Shown here piece after piece: positions 39,832 through 51,800 of a DNA stretch of 64,000 nt. This DNA comes from an uncultured virus (IMG/VR IMGVR_UViG_3300028392_001454) (taxonomy: Duplodnaviria; Heunggongvirae; Uroviricota; Caudoviricetes; Crassvirales): IMG/VR virus record IMGVR_UViG_3300028392_001454; one strand, given 5' to 3'. The notes under the pieces were generated by a model. That model worked only from the letters and a program-made list of their open reading frames with translations. It was not told where the DNA came from and did no database searches. How positions within the stretch are numbered: position 1 is the first letter of the stretch; each line of letters starts with the position of its first letter. Both the position numbers and the translations under genes were made by a program.

Positions 39832-40170
39832 ATGAAAACACTAACAATTAACATCGGGTTAGGTAACAACCCATACACGGCAGAGCAGGTAATAGATAGA
39901 ATGGCTAACGATAGTAGTTATCGTTTAATGGCTTATCAAATAGTCACGGCAGAGTACGAAGGTCATCCCGAGGAAACGTTTGTTGGCTTGTTTGAGTACA
40001 AGTACAGCAGAGACTCAAAGATACTATCCGACTTTGAAAATCTTGCATCAGTAATGACTCAGGAGTGTATTGCAGTAAGTACTGAGTCAATGGAAGTGCT
40101 TGCATATAACCCAAGCCACAAAGGAAATAGATACAAGTTTGATAGAAAATACTTTAAAACTATCAATTAG
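39832..40170 (+). CDS. SAM lyase (SAMase)-like anti-restriction protein
   Basis: INIGL...EETFV...LA..MTQECIAV...FD.KYF resembles the T3 SAMase/Svi3-3 family pattern; early position; start taken at ATG 39832. Confidence 0.65.
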   Translation: MKTLTINIGLGNNPYTAEQVIDRMANDSSYRLMAYQIVTAEYEGHPEETFVGLFEYKYSRDSKILSDFENLASVMTQECIAVSTESMEVLAYNPSHKGNRYKFDRKYFKTIN

Positions 40171-40360
40171 TGTCGATAATCGTCGTAGCCGTGTCGTTTT
40201 TTAAAAAGTTTGTCATGGTTTAAACCTTTAGGTTTCAACTAGTTAAACAGATTAGTGTCGTTACGACGATTTTTCTTCTACTTTTACGTAAAAAAAAATA
40301 ATAATAAATAAAGAATATATATATAATAGAATAGGGACATAAAAAACGTCACCTTGACAC
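40170..40360 (-). repeat. Origin-like element, copy 2 (inverted)
   Basis: Reverse complement aligns with 37634..37822 motif for motif. Confidence 0.9.
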
Positions 40361-40369
40361 TAAAACATT

Positions 40370-42468
40370 ATGAAAAACTTAACAATTAATTTAGAGACGT
40401 ACCTACTGAATTGGTACTGCGCGTTGCCTGTAGAGGCACTGAATGAAATTCACTTCGGTGATGTAGATTACACGGGTATATTCGGACACGATGCACGCAT
40501 CATTAAGGATGAACTTCAGGATGAGTGGCACAACGGCTTCGACCTTGAGGACAAGGTAGCGTACCACGATGACCTATACGATAAATATTACCAGCACACT
40601 AAAAACATAACATTATAATGAAACGAACAGAACAGATTATACAAATAACATTAACAACAATATTCCTAATAGGTTTTATGACACTAGTAGTAGGAATAGC
40701 AATAAACGGAATTAATGAATAGACTACAAACAACAATAGCGGTGATAGTGATATGCTGTACCGCCCTACTATCGATTATCTTTGCTAACCTTCACAAGAG
40801 GCAACTGCCAAAGGTGGAGTATCATATGGAACTTATTAACGATGACCACGTAAAGTTATACGACGAGAACTTTAAACTTATTAAAACAATTGAACTAGAT
40901 AGCATTGGCTATTACATAATAGAGGACAACATATGAGACCAAGAACTAACAGAGTATGCATACAAGCAGAGGTGATGCGTATGCAGAGACACGCTAGGAT
41001 ATTCGGTATACTAGTTAATGACAAACAGCAACAGCACGGCTTGAGTTGGGTGCAAGCCAAGGCAGAACTGAAGAGAGAACTAACATTTAAAAATTTATCG
41101 TTATGTCTACAATAAAAGACCTAGAGCTAGTAATTACCTTTATGGAGGTGATGCATCCCGACAACACATTTATTATTAACAAACTTAAGAGAGTATATGA
41201 AGAGATTAACGCTAACGCTTTACAGCCGTCAGATAGGTGACAAGTCGTTCACACTATATAACGGCACCAATCCTTACTTTGTGCCAAGATTTAAGCACCT
41301 TATGTTGGGGCAAAGCCTTATAGACATGTGGTTCCCTGACGACTACTACCACACGAACATTGCCGACCTAGAGAGGATGGCATTTAACACTAACCTATAC
41401 ATAAAACGATTACACGATGGAGAAGAAAGCAATTAAAGAGATGCTCCGCTTTGAGAAGTGGATGCTAAAGAGAGTAAAAACAATACACTACGCGGACAAC
41501 GAGAGAATGTCCGAGGCATATAGACGAGTGTATAACAACATGATGACATAATGAGAAGGTATCTAATAGAGTACTACGCAGAACGCAACGACGAGTGCGT
41601 GGACTTAGAGACGATAGTGGAGGCTGACACGATAGCCGAGGCACTGCTAATATTTGACAAGCAGTACAAACGTATAACATCAATAACAGAGATAAGATTA
41701 TGACAGCAGTAGAGTGGTTAGTAAGTGAATTAACAGAAGTTGACAGAAACCTTATAAATAAAACATTTTTGCAATTAAACAATTCACTTGCAGGACATAG
41801 GTTAAAAGATATAACTAAAGAAGCCAAAGAAATGGAACGTCAACAAATTGAAAAGGCTTACAATAGTGCTGTACCATTTAAGTTTGGTAAGGAGTACTAC
41901 GAGAAAACATATAAACACCAATCAAATAAAGAATCCTTGTAAACGCTACAATGTAGGTCGCAATAATGGTCGTATCACTGCTGATATTGGTTGGTGGATG
42001 TTATTCATAACTCAGTAAATTATTGTATGCGTGACTTTTGCCGTGGAGAGTAATGGCTTAATTTTAAAATTTAAAACTATGACAAATATATGGAATGAGG
42101 CAGTAAACGATGCCTTAAGTACACGGCTAACCACTAGTGATTCGGTATCATATATCCGAAAGGGTATAAAAATGGAGAACAAGAACGGAGAGATTAAAAT
42201 CTACAACACAAAGTTTAGCAATGACTTCTACACGGAGTTAACTAACGATGAGTACGAGTTGTTTCTTCTTCGAGGTTGGAAGGTTGGGTGCTACACGATG
42301 GCTATAAAGAACTACAGGAAGTCATTAGAGCGCATTTCCAAGAAGATAATCACCGAGATTAACCAAAGGAACAACACACGTCATTATCAAGCCTTAAAAG
42401 AGAGCAGAAACGATTTGATGTCACGCTTCACCGACACATTAAAACTATTACATAAACAATTAAATTAA
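40370..42468 (+). CDS. Run of small hypothetical early ORFs (40370-40618, 40715-40936, 40933-41115, 41197-41436, 41700-41942, about 42079-42468 and shorter ones)
   Basis: Tightly packed plus-strand ORFs with AT-rich leaders; 41700 is a TAVEWL-family ORF. Confidence 0.65.
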
Positions 42469-42473
42469 AAACA

Positions 42474-43049
42474 ATGGACGTATTTAAAAAATTATCAGAG
42501 GTTGACGTAAAGTCAAAGATTGTAAAGAAGGGTAACCAAGACTACCTAAGTTGGAGTAACGCTTGGTCGTTGCTAAAGCAGAACTATCCAACAGCACAAA
42601 GAATTGTGTACGAGGACAGCCTAACAGGTCTTAACTATTTCACTGACCACAAGACAGCATATGTAAAGGTGGGCGTTATAGTTGACGGAATAGAGCATAT
42701 AGATTATCTTCCGATTATGAGTTACAACAACAAGTCAATCAAGATTGAGGACGTTACCTCGTTTGACGTGACCAAGACAATACAGAGGTCTATGACAAAG
42801 GCTATTGCTATGCACGGATTGGGGCTTTCGCTATGGTCTGGTGAAGACCTAATCGACACGGTAAAGTCAGCCAAAACCCCTATTAATAAGATAGATTTGG
42901 CTGTTAATGATTCCAATTGGGCTGGTGTTGTTGCGTATGTTACAGCCAACAAAACCAAATTAGACCTTGCGTCTATCGTTAAGAACTTGAGCGTTAAGTA
43001 TAACCTGAGTACCTCAGTAAAAAAGAGTTTGGGGGACTTGTTAAAGTAA
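42474..43049 (+). CDS. Single-strand annealing protein (DUF1071/Sak3-like)
   Basis: K...YLSW..AW, LPIM.Y.NK.I, IQR..TKAIAMHGLGL.L..GEDL. Confidence 0.8.
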   Translation: MDVFKKLSEVDVKSKIVKKGNQDYLSWSNAWSLLKQNYPTAQRIVYEDSLTGLNYFTDHKTAYVKVGVIVDGIEHIDYLPIMSYNNKSIKIEDVTSFDVTKTIQRSMTKAIAMHGLGLSLWSGEDLIDTVKSAKTPINKIDLAVNDSNWAGVVAYVTANKTKLDLASIVKNLSVKYNLSTSVKKSLGDLLK

Positions 43050-43056
43050 TCTAATT

Positions 43057-43425
43057 ATGGAAAAAGAATTTATACCTTACGAACAAGCACTTGCTTTAAA
43101 AGAATTAGGATTTGATGAACCTTGTTTACAAGCATATGATAAAAATGGTATGTTATACTATAGTCATAGAACAGATAAATTATTTACTTTTCTAAATTCT
43201 AATCTAAGCACACAATGCTCAGCACCACTTTACCAACAAGCATTTAGATGGTTTAGAGAGAAGCACGAAGCATACTATACTATAGAAGGTTCAAAGAGAC
43301 ATGGATTTGCTTTTTGTATTTATAGTGAAAATGATGATATAGTTGAAGAAGTTTCTTTAGTATATCCTACTCACGAACAAGCAGAACTTGAATGTCTTAA
43401 AAAATTAATTAAAACAATATTATGA
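43057..43425 (+). CDS. Hypothetical phage protein (MEKEFIPYEQALALKELGFDEPC type)
   Basis: AT-rich cassette-like ORF within the recombination module. Confidence 0.7.
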   Translation: MEKEFIPYEQALALKELGFDEPCLQAYDKNGMLYYSHRTDKLFTFLNSNLSTQCSAPLYQQAFRWFREKHEAYYTIEGSKRHGFAFCIYSENDDIVEEVSLVYPTHEQAELECLKKLIKTIL

Positions 43426-43679
43426 AAGAATTAGATAAAGATTTTTACCTTACCCCTGATAGTTATTCGGGGGTAATACTGAACAAGATTTGTCACAAGA
43501 CAAACAAGAAGGGTGAGGTTGTTGAGTTTATTGACAGGTGGTACTATCCAAACTATGTGTTCGCCTTGCAGAAGTACGCAAAGTTAAAGCAGGAGCAGAT
43601 AGGAGAGTTGGATGAGATGTTAAGGATATACGAGGAAACGTTAAACGTAATAAAGAGTTATGGCACAAATAAGTTTTAA
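43422..43679 (+). CDS. Hypothetical protein
   Basis: 85-aa ORF overlapping its neighbours. Confidence 0.6.
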   Translation: MKELDKDFYLTPDSYSGVILNKICHKTNKKGEVVEFIDRWYYPNYVFALQKYAKLKQEQIGELDEMLRIYEETLNVIKSYGTNKF

Positions 43680-43878
43680 ACACAAGGGAAGGAGTGAGAG
43701 GTACGAGCACGTGTACCTCTGCTCACATAACGGACACGAAATGTTCCGTATGAGAATACAAATAGACAACAAGAAATTTATCAAGGACTACCACACGGAG
43801 CGTGAGGCTGCGTTGGCTGTAGACCACATACTAATTAGTCATAGACTAGAACCTAAAAACATATTAAAGAGATTATGA
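43660..43878 (+). CDS. AP2-like DNA-binding protein
   Basis: Y..V...beta-strands...Y.TEREAALAVD pattern. Confidence 0.55.
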   Translation: MAQISFKHKGRSERYEHVYLCSHNGHEMFRMRIQIDNKKFIKDYHTEREAALAVDHILISHRLEPKNILKRL

Positions 43879-44600
43879 GTATAGAACAATTAAGAGATGA
43901 CGAGAACTACTACGGAGAGTTTGGATCTAAATTTTTATCTAATAGTGATATTCAATCACTTTTAAAGAACCCAAAACAATTTAAGGTTAGAGAGGCACCT
44001 ACATTGCCGATGTTACAGGGTAGCTACCTGCACACGGCAATGCTTGAGCCTGAGAAGTTGGTTAACTTTGAGGTTGTTGAGGCATCCACACGTAACACGA
44101 ACATCTACAAGGATGCCGTTGCCAAGAGTGGCAAGGACATGCTACTGCTTAGACACGAACAGGTTGAGTTGGACACGTTGGTTGCAACGATGAAGGGTAA
44201 CTTCCACTTCTATGACAACATCTACAACCCAAGCAACATCTATGAGGAGCCAGCCATCGGTGAGATATTTGGTCTTCCGTTCAAGGGCAAGGCAGACATT
44301 GTGTGTGAGGACATGCTGATCGACATCAAGACCACCTCGGACATTGACGACTTTAAATGGTCGGCACGTAAGTACAACTATGATAGTCAGGCATACATCT
44401 ATCAGCAGTTGTTTGGCAAGCCGTTGGTGTTCTTTGTGATCTGTAAGAAGAGCCATCGATTGGGTGTGTACGAGCCAAGTGAGGACTTCGTGATGGGTGG
44501 TAAGAACAAGGTCGAGCAAGCGTGTGAGGTGTACAATAAGTTCTTCGGTAAGGACAAGACTGAAGAAATAAATAACTATTTTATTCAAGAAGTGTTATAA
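43875..44600 (+). CDS. PD-(D/E)XK exonuclease (RecE/DUF3799-like)
   Basis: LSNS, GS.LH...LEP, KGKAD, IDIKTT, Y..QA.IY. Confidence 0.88.
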   Translation: MSIEQLRDDENYYGEFGSKFLSNSDIQSLLKNPKQFKVREAPTLPMLQGSYLHTAMLEPEKLVNFEVVEASTRNTNIYKDAVAKSGKDMLLLRHEQVELDTLVATMKGNFHFYDNIYNPSNIYEEPAIGEIFGLPFKGKADIVCEDMLIDIKTTSDIDDFKWSARKYNYDSQAYIYQQLFGKPLVFFVICKKSHRLGVYEPSEDFVMGGKNKVEQACEVYNKFFGKDKTEEINNYFIQEVL

Positions 44601-44606
44601 TTTTTA

Positions 44607-44614
44607 TATATTTG
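44607..44614 (+). promoter_or_regulatory. -7 promoter element TATATTTG
   Basis: TAnnTTTG(CA) upstream of the ssb-like gene. Confidence 0.65.
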
Positions 44615-44681
44615 CAAAAGTCAACTACTGATAAGTGACCTCACACGAGGAGTAATTATTAACAATTAAATTTAATGTATT

Positions 44682-44945
44682 ATGGACAAAATTTTCGCAG
44701 ATGGGTTTATTTTTAAAAGAAACGAGAAAGCACCTGACTTCGTGGTGGGAAACATTAGTGTTAAGGTTGAAGATGCTACGGCATTTTTAAGAAAGCACGC
44801 TAAGAACGGATGGGTGAACTTACAGATCAAGAACAGCCAAGGTGGTAAGCCTTACATCGAGCTGGACACATTCGAGCCAAAGCAACAGGGACAACCTCAG
44901 GCACCTGTTCAAACAGATGGGGTACAAGACGGACTTCCATTCTAA
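44682..44945 (+). CDS. Single-stranded DNA-binding protein-like
   Basis: Small beta protein with a Q/P linker and DGLPF C-terminal tip, next to SSAP and exonuclease. Confidence 0.65.
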   Translation: MDKIFADGFIFKRNEKAPDFVVGNISVKVEDATAFLRKHAKNGWVNLQIKNSQGGKPYIELDTFEPKQQGQPQAPVQTDGVQDGLPF

Positions 44946-44953
44946 CATTAACC

Positions 44954-44978
44954 AAGCCCCTTTCACGAGGGGCTTTTT
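44954..44978 (+). terminator. Rho-independent terminator
   Basis: aagcccct-ttcacg-aggggcttttt. Confidence 0.85.
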
Positions 44979-44992
44979 AAACCTTAAGAGTT

Positions 44993-46490
44993 ATGTTGTA
45001 CAAACCACAAGAAGACCAAACCACTACAATGAAGATAAAAGCATTCTCAAACGACACATTAATGTCGGTTAATTTTTATAGAGATTGTGGTAAGTTTGGA
45101 ACGGAAGAGGCACTAGCTTCATTCACGCTTACAGCAGATAGACTGCTTCAAATATTACAAGAACGAGAAGATATAACAGACGAAGAACTATGACATCAAA
45201 AGACAAAGCGAAGGAGTTAGTAGGTAAGTTTTATGTAAATATTCCTTTAAGGGATTGCGATAATAGAAGACCATATAAGTTAGCATTAATAGCAGTTGAT
45301 GAAATATTAGAAAATTGTTATGAAGTGATGAAACCATTTTGGCAAGAAGTTAAACAAGAAATAGAAAAATTATGAGTGGAGGAGCATTTGAGTACACACA
45401 ATATAGCATCACAATGATAGCTGATGAGATTGAAAAAGAGATAGAACGCAATGGTCGTGCTAAAACAAGAGAAGAACTAAAGAATGAAGGCTGGAGAAAT
45501 GACGAGTGGTATGAGAAGTACCCAGAGGATAAAAACTGGTACAAGCATCCAGACGATATCATTGAGGAGTTCAAAAAAGGTGTAGAGATACTAAGGAAAG
45601 CCTATGTGTACGCTCAACGAATTGATTGGTTACTATCAGGAGATGATGGAGAAGAAACATTTATAGAAAGACTAAAACAAGATCTAAACGAATTATGATA
45701 CCAAACAGAAAACAAGAAATTATAGAAGAGGTAGGTGCTTGGATAGTATTTATCTCATTAATAACAATGATAATATATGCAGTAATATGACACTTAACTA
45801 TCAAACACTAGCATTCGTTATGGACATGCCTGTAAAGACGACTAAAGAGATGCTAAAAACCATACTAGGTCAAGACAATATAACCACAAAAGATCAGGTA
45901 TCGTCTGAAAAACTCATTGGATTATTTGGGACGGTAAGATCTATGGACTCAAGATACGATGGCACAGATAAATTTAATTTTTATTTAGATCAGAGACGTA
46001 AGAGTTACAGGAATTATTTAAACGATAAGTCTTGCATAAAGAGTTGTGGTTTCACGGGAAAGTTTAAAATATTCTATGAACTATTAACACAAGAAGAGTT
46101 GGATTTCTGTCACAAAGTATTTGAAGAAAAACACACATTCTTATATAAAAAGAAATTATGAACCTAGACGACATGCAGAGAGTCTCTGAGAGGTACCAAA
46201 AAATTAAGGAGGCTCAAGACGACATAGATGCCATCAATAAGATAGCAGAGTACGTGCTTGACAATCAAGTAGGTGCTTGGGTGTCGGTGGACATCGAGCT
46301 AAAGCAAGAGAGGGACATCTCTAAGAGTTGGGTGTCAACCATTAGCAACTTCTCCTACGCTGTAAGCGAACCTAACACGATAGGATTCTCTGTAAAGATG
46401 CCCGACATCATAGTTCTAGAGGCTATAGGAATACTACTAAGAAACAAACAACAACGTATTAAACAACTGATAAATGATAACAATATTTAA
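44993..46490 (+). CDS. Hypothetical ORFs (44993-45193, 45190-45375, 45372-45698, about 45788-46161, 46158-46490)
   Basis: Chained ATGA overlaps. Confidence 0.65.
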
Positions 46491-48873
46491 GAATATCAGA
46501 GACACGTCAACACCATTCTATAGAAACATAGATGTGGTGCTTAACAGAATACAGACTGGCTCCAGCAAGGACATCGTTGAACGCATCCAGCAAGAGCAAG
46601 ACAAGACCACACGAAACGAGATCAAGAAGGAGCTACCAGCGATATGTTTCTCTGGAACCTTCACCAAGAGAGCCGACAACGCTATCGTTAGTCATAGTGG
46701 GATCATATGCCTTGACTTTGATGGTTACCCAAGCAAGAAGGCTATGCTGGATCAGAAGAAGAAACTATCTGAGGACGCATACGTTTACTCTGTGTTTGTG
46801 TCCCCATCTGGAGATGGTCTTAAGGTACTTGTTAGGGTACCATCGGACATAGAGAACCACCTTAACTACTTTAACTCACTACAGAACCACTTCAACTCTG
46901 AGTACTTCGACAAGACATCCAAGAACATATCAAGGGTGTGCTACGAGTCCTATGATAAGAACATATACGTTAACAAGGATTCGAAGATATGGGACACAAT
47001 TGATAAGGCAGAGTACATAGAGATGGACAGAGCCACATCAGTACCTACCATACCAATCACAAACGAGAACAAGATAGTTGACATCCTAATGTCTTGGTGG
47101 ACAAAGCGTTATGGATTAGTTGATGGTGAGCGTAACCACAACGTGTACATACTTGCAGCTGCATTTAATGACTACGGAATCAACAAGTCACTAGCTGAGT
47201 ACATCATGGGGCAGTTCGAGTCAAGTGACTTCCCACTATCAGAGATTAAGACAACGATCAATTCGGCATACAACCACACCCATAAGTTCGGAACGAAGTA
47301 CTATGAGGACAATGGTCGTATGTCACAGCTCAGGCAGAAGGTAAAGTCGGGATCGACAGCCAAACAGCTTAAGAACGAGATGTCAGACATAGACGAGTCG
47401 ATCATTGACTCGGTCCTAGAGCAGGTCGATAGCGATGTGAAACGGTTCTGGACCAAGAGTGATAAGGGAGCGATCAATATAGTTCACTACCTGTTTAAGG
47501 AGTTCCTTGAGGATAACGGATTCTATAAGTTCTACCCAGAGAACACCAAGACGTTTGTGTTTGTTAAGGTTACAAACAACCTTATTGACAACACATCGGA
47601 GGAAGAGATAAAAGATTTTGTGCTTAAGTACCTTGAAAACACTGAGGATCTGTCAGTTTATAATTATTTTGCAGATAAAACACGTTTTTTCAAAGAAGAT
47701 TTCCTATCTTTGCTTTCGTCAGTTGATATTTACTTCGTTGAGGACGATGCGAATACGGCTTACCTTTACTATAATAACTGTGCTGTGATGGTTACAAAAG
47801 ATAGCGTTAACATTATTGACTATATCGATCTAGGTGGTTACATCTGGAAGGATCAGGTCGTGGATAGAGACTTCGCTATATGTGAGGTTATGGACTGCGA
47901 CTTCTCCACCTTCATATCTAACATATCTGGAGACGATCCTCAGAGGGTTAAGTCGATGCAGAGCACCATAGGTTTCCTTATGCATGGGTACAAGAACCCA
48001 TCCTACTGCCCAGCTATCATTCTTAATGATGAGGTTATATCAGATAACCCAGAGGGTGGGACTGGAAAGGGGTTGTTCGTTAACTCTCTGTCAAAGATCA
48101 AGAGGGCTGTTACAATAGATGGTAAGGCATTTAGTTTTGATAAGTCATTTAACTACTCCACGGTGAACGTTGGTACACAGGTACTTTGCTTTGATGACGT
48201 AAAGAAACACTTTGACTTTGAGAGGTTGTTCAGTGTGGTCACCGAGGGTTTGACGGTTGAGAAGAAGAACAAGGATGCTATAAAGCTTCCGTTCAACAGA
48301 TCACCAAAGATCATGATCACCACTAATTATGCGATCAAGGGTAAAGGTAACTCATTCGAGAGACGTAAGTGGGAGCTGGAGTTTAAGCAGTTCTATAGCA
48401 AGGAGTTCACACCATACATTGAGTTTGGACGCATGCTGTTCAATGACTGGGATGAGGAGGAGTGGTGCAAGTTTGACAACTACATGATCAACAACCTTAA
48501 GGCTTACCTAAGCACTGGTCTTGTTAAGAGTGAGTTTGTTAACCTTAAGATCCGTAAGCTGTCTGCTGAGACATGCCACGAGTTTATTGAGTGGTGTGGT
48601 ATGATAGATGGTGTACCTCACAACGACAAGCTAAGGACTGGCGAGTTAATATACAAGCAAGACCTTTATATTGACTTCATTCAAGACAATCCTGACTTTG
48701 CCCCGAAGGCTAAGATGACTATTAGTAGGACCATATTCTACAAGTGGCTTATAGCGTTTGGGCTTTATAAGACTGGTGTAACACCTCTTGAGGGTAGAGA
48801 CAACAACGGCAGATGGATCAAGTTCATCGAGAAGGACGGAGAGACACATAACAATAACGAGATGCTATTCTAA
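46474..48873 (+). CDS. Primase-helicase (BT4734/VirE-N-like AEP domain, PriCT-like linker, P-loop helicase)
   Basis: K..LP.I.FSG.F, ICLDFD, F.SPSG.GLK, D..SKN.SR.C..SYD, GERNH, GGTGKG Walker A, LCFDD Walker B, ITTNY, RRK. Confidence 0.88.
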   Translation: MITIFKNIRDTSTPFYRNIDVVLNRIQTGSSKDIVERIQQEQDKTTRNEIKKELPAICFSGTFTKRADNAIVSHSGIICLDFDGYPSKKAMLDQKKKLSEDAYVYSVFVSPSGDGLKVLVRVPSDIENHLNYFNSLQNHFNSEYFDKTSKNISRVCYESYDKNIYVNKDSKIWDTIDKAEYIEMDRATSVPTIPITNENKIVDILMSWWTKRYGLVDGERNHNVYILAAAFNDYGINKSLAEYIMGQFESSDFPLSEIKTTINSAYNHTHKFGTKYYEDNGRMSQLRQKVKSGSTAKQLKNEMSDIDESIIDSVLEQVDSDVKRFWTKSDKGAINIVHYLFKEFLEDNGFYKFYPENTKTFVFVKVTNNLIDNTSEEEIKDFVLKYLENTEDLSVYNYFADKTRFFKEDFLSLLSSVDIYFVEDDANTAYLYYNNCAVMVTKDSVNIIDYIDLGGYIWKDQVVDRDFAICEVMDCDFSTFISNISGDDPQRVKSMQSTIGFLMHGYKNPSYCPAIILNDEVISDNPEGGTGKGLFVNSLSKIKRAVTIDGKAFSFDKSFNYSTVNVGTQVLCFDDVKKHFDFERLFSVVTEGLTVEKKNKDAIKLPFNRSPKIMITTNYAIKGKGNSFERRKWELEFKQFYSKEFTPYIEFGRMLFNDWDEEEWCKFDNYMINNLKAYLSTGLVKSEFVNLKIRKLSAETCHEFIEWCGMIDGVPHNDKLRTGELIYKQDLYIDFIQDNPDFAPKAKMTISRTIFYKWLIAFGLYKTGVTPLEGRDNNGRWIKFIEKDGETHNNNEMLF

Positions 48874-51800
48874 TGATACGAGAGAAACTAATGGAGATAA
48901 ACCAAGAGACTTGGAACTCCGACAAGATTGATCTGCAAGAACAGTTTGTGAGAGAGTTTGCAATAGGATTTGGAGAATATTTAGATACCTTGACAACTGA
49001 AGATATGGGAACTTTATCAATTAAAGAACTATTAAAAATCTACGAGAATGGAGATAGGGAATAAGGTTATATGTATCGATGCTGGTAAGCAACCACACAC
49101 CGCTGAGGAGCTTAACAACGACATGCCAAACTGGGTTGTCAAGGGTAGGACTTACACCATAAGAGACGTAGTTGACTCCGACTTTGTTGTCGGGGTTAGG
49201 CTTGAGGAGTTGCACAACCCCTCTAGATACTTCAGACTTGTTGACAGGAGTATGGAGGGGTGCTTTGCCACTTGGAGGTTTAGGAAACAAGAACAGGTAA
49301 CTAAAGAGGTAGAGAGCTATGAGTACAGTGGACAATTTTAGGTGGTGTATTGAGAACGACTGGCAGGTCTACCTCAAACCATATGGTAGTGGAGCGTATA
49401 TTGCCATCCGTAAGGGGGGTATATCTGCATGTGGTAAGGAGTATCACTATGATAGGGTGACTGGACTGGAGTACTACTCAAAGGAGAATGTAGGAACAGT
49501 ATATTACAAAAACATACAGAAGGCAATGGACATGTTGCCAAAGGTTTATAAATATTTAAAAGATAAATAATATGATGATAATAGTAGACGGAAAACACGA
49601 GTACGATTATGAAGTACATGATAACGTACACAAACTAAGATATTCAGATAATGATTCTTGGACATATCCTAAAGATGTAGCTATGCGAATAGTTGATGAT
49701 GGGAACGGATTGGTGGTTAAACTTGATGAGAAGGGTAGAATAAACTACGGTGAGGCAGAAAGATTGATTATACTTCTAAAGATCATTAATAAAAATACCA
49801 AGTATGAGGTAGTAACTAATAAAGAGATGTTATGAAACACGAAGTAAAATCTATTCCTATAGAAGAAATTCTTGCTAATAGATGTAATGCTTATGAGTTT
49901 ATTGATTTTGATAAACAAGAAACACAACAAGTAATTGATGAAGATTTTGATGGAGGTTTAACTATGGGGCAGATTATTCCAAAGGAAGAAACTATTTGCA
50001 TTCAAACAGGATTACCTTGTGGTATTACTTGTTTCAGCGAAGAAGTTTGTAATATAAATTTTTACACTGAAGAAGATGTAAAAAATGCATTCCTTGATGG
50101 TTGGTAATTAAGAGATGGAGATTTACCATTTCCTAAAGCAAAGAAAAAATGGTTTAATGAATTTAAAAAGAAATTATGAAAACAGCAGTAGAATGGTTAC
50201 AAGATTGTTTAACAGAGCAATATCCAAATGGTTCATTTGTTTGGAATACAAAAGCAGATTTAGAAGCTTTATTTAAACAAGCCAAAGAAATGGAAAGAGA
50301 ACAACAAGGATATACTCAAGAAAAAGTGTTTGAAATAGAAAGATATAGAGCAATAGATTTTGCAAAATGGTTTTCAGATTTTAATGGTTTAACTTGGGAA
50401 GAAAAAAGAGTAACTAAGGAACGTCTTGATACTCTTTATGAAAAATACTTAGGTACACTTGGAGGTGGAATTTAAAAACAATTTAAAAACAAATAAGATA
50501 TGCTGTATAAGAGAGTAACTATGCCTATATATAATCAGGTATTGCATATTGCAATATGCGATGATGCAGAAAAGGAGATAGAAGAGGTAAATAAGAAGTT
50601 CTATACTAACTTGGATAAGTTTGAGTTTTCAGGATATGCTCATAGAGAGGGTAAGCACTATCTAATACTTCTAAATAAAAAGGAGTTAATAGATGAACCA
50701 TTTACTATTAGTACAATAGCTCACGAGGCTTTCCATATTACAAGCTTTGTAATGAAGCGTGTAGGAATACATCCTGATGTTAACAATGATGAAGCTCAGG
50801 CATATTTACTCTCTTGGATAGTAGAACAAGTTTATAAATTTTATAAAAAAAAATAATATATGAAACCACAAAACAAACTTTCAGTAATGATATTAACAAT
50901 ACTTGGAATAATCGAATTAATTGTGTTGATATTACAAGTAATAAGATAATTAAAAACAAATAAGATTAACAGGGAAGCTGAAAACTGAATAGAGTAGGCA
51001 AAATAAATAAATAAATAAATATATGTACACATTAAGAACAATTGAAAAAGATGGTAGAGAAGTAAACATCTACTTAGGAACAAATTACACGCTTTACAGA
51101 AAAGAAAGCATAAGCAAAGAAGACTTTGACTTTAAACTTAATCAGTATTTTGGAGAAGATACTAATAATGAAGACTTAGAGAAAAGGGATTTAGTAAAAG
51201 CATTTATTGATGCAACACATTTACCAAATGCATTAACTATCAATTATGGGGTTACGTATTACATTGTAAATGACTCAGGTAAAACATTTCAAAAACTTTA
51301 AAAACAAATAAAATGAAACAAAAAACACTTGAAGAAACTTATCTAAATGAACTTATTGACGAAGCAAATAAAGAGTTTACTTTAGACAAAAAATTAGCTA
51401 AAGAAGTAGCTATAAAGTTTTATAAATGGCAAGAGCAAAGAATGTATACTGAACAAGAAGTATTAGTGTTATTACATAAAAGGGATAAGCATAATTGGGA
51501 TAGAAGTTTATGGCAAACACCTAAAGAATGGTTAGAAAAATTTAAAAATAAATAAGATATGGAAGTAGTGTATAGACATAGCTATGGTAATGATAGTTTT
51601 GGAGAAGTAAGAAAAACTAAAGATAATTTATATTACTGTTTTACCACACCACTATTTGGTGGTGAATGGATAGAACAAGAAGTTTTTGACGACAAAGAAG
51701 AAGCAATAGAGTTTATAAACTCATTAACTTAAAAACAAATAAGATGAAAACACTTTTAGGAATATTTTTAGTAGCAACTTTATTTTTAGTAACATTTTCT

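Noticed and set aside
37634..40360. Invertible (phase-variable) segment bounded by inverted repeats
   Set aside because: The copies are too diverged for a typical crossover site and no recombinase is recognisable; kept only as a testable alternative.
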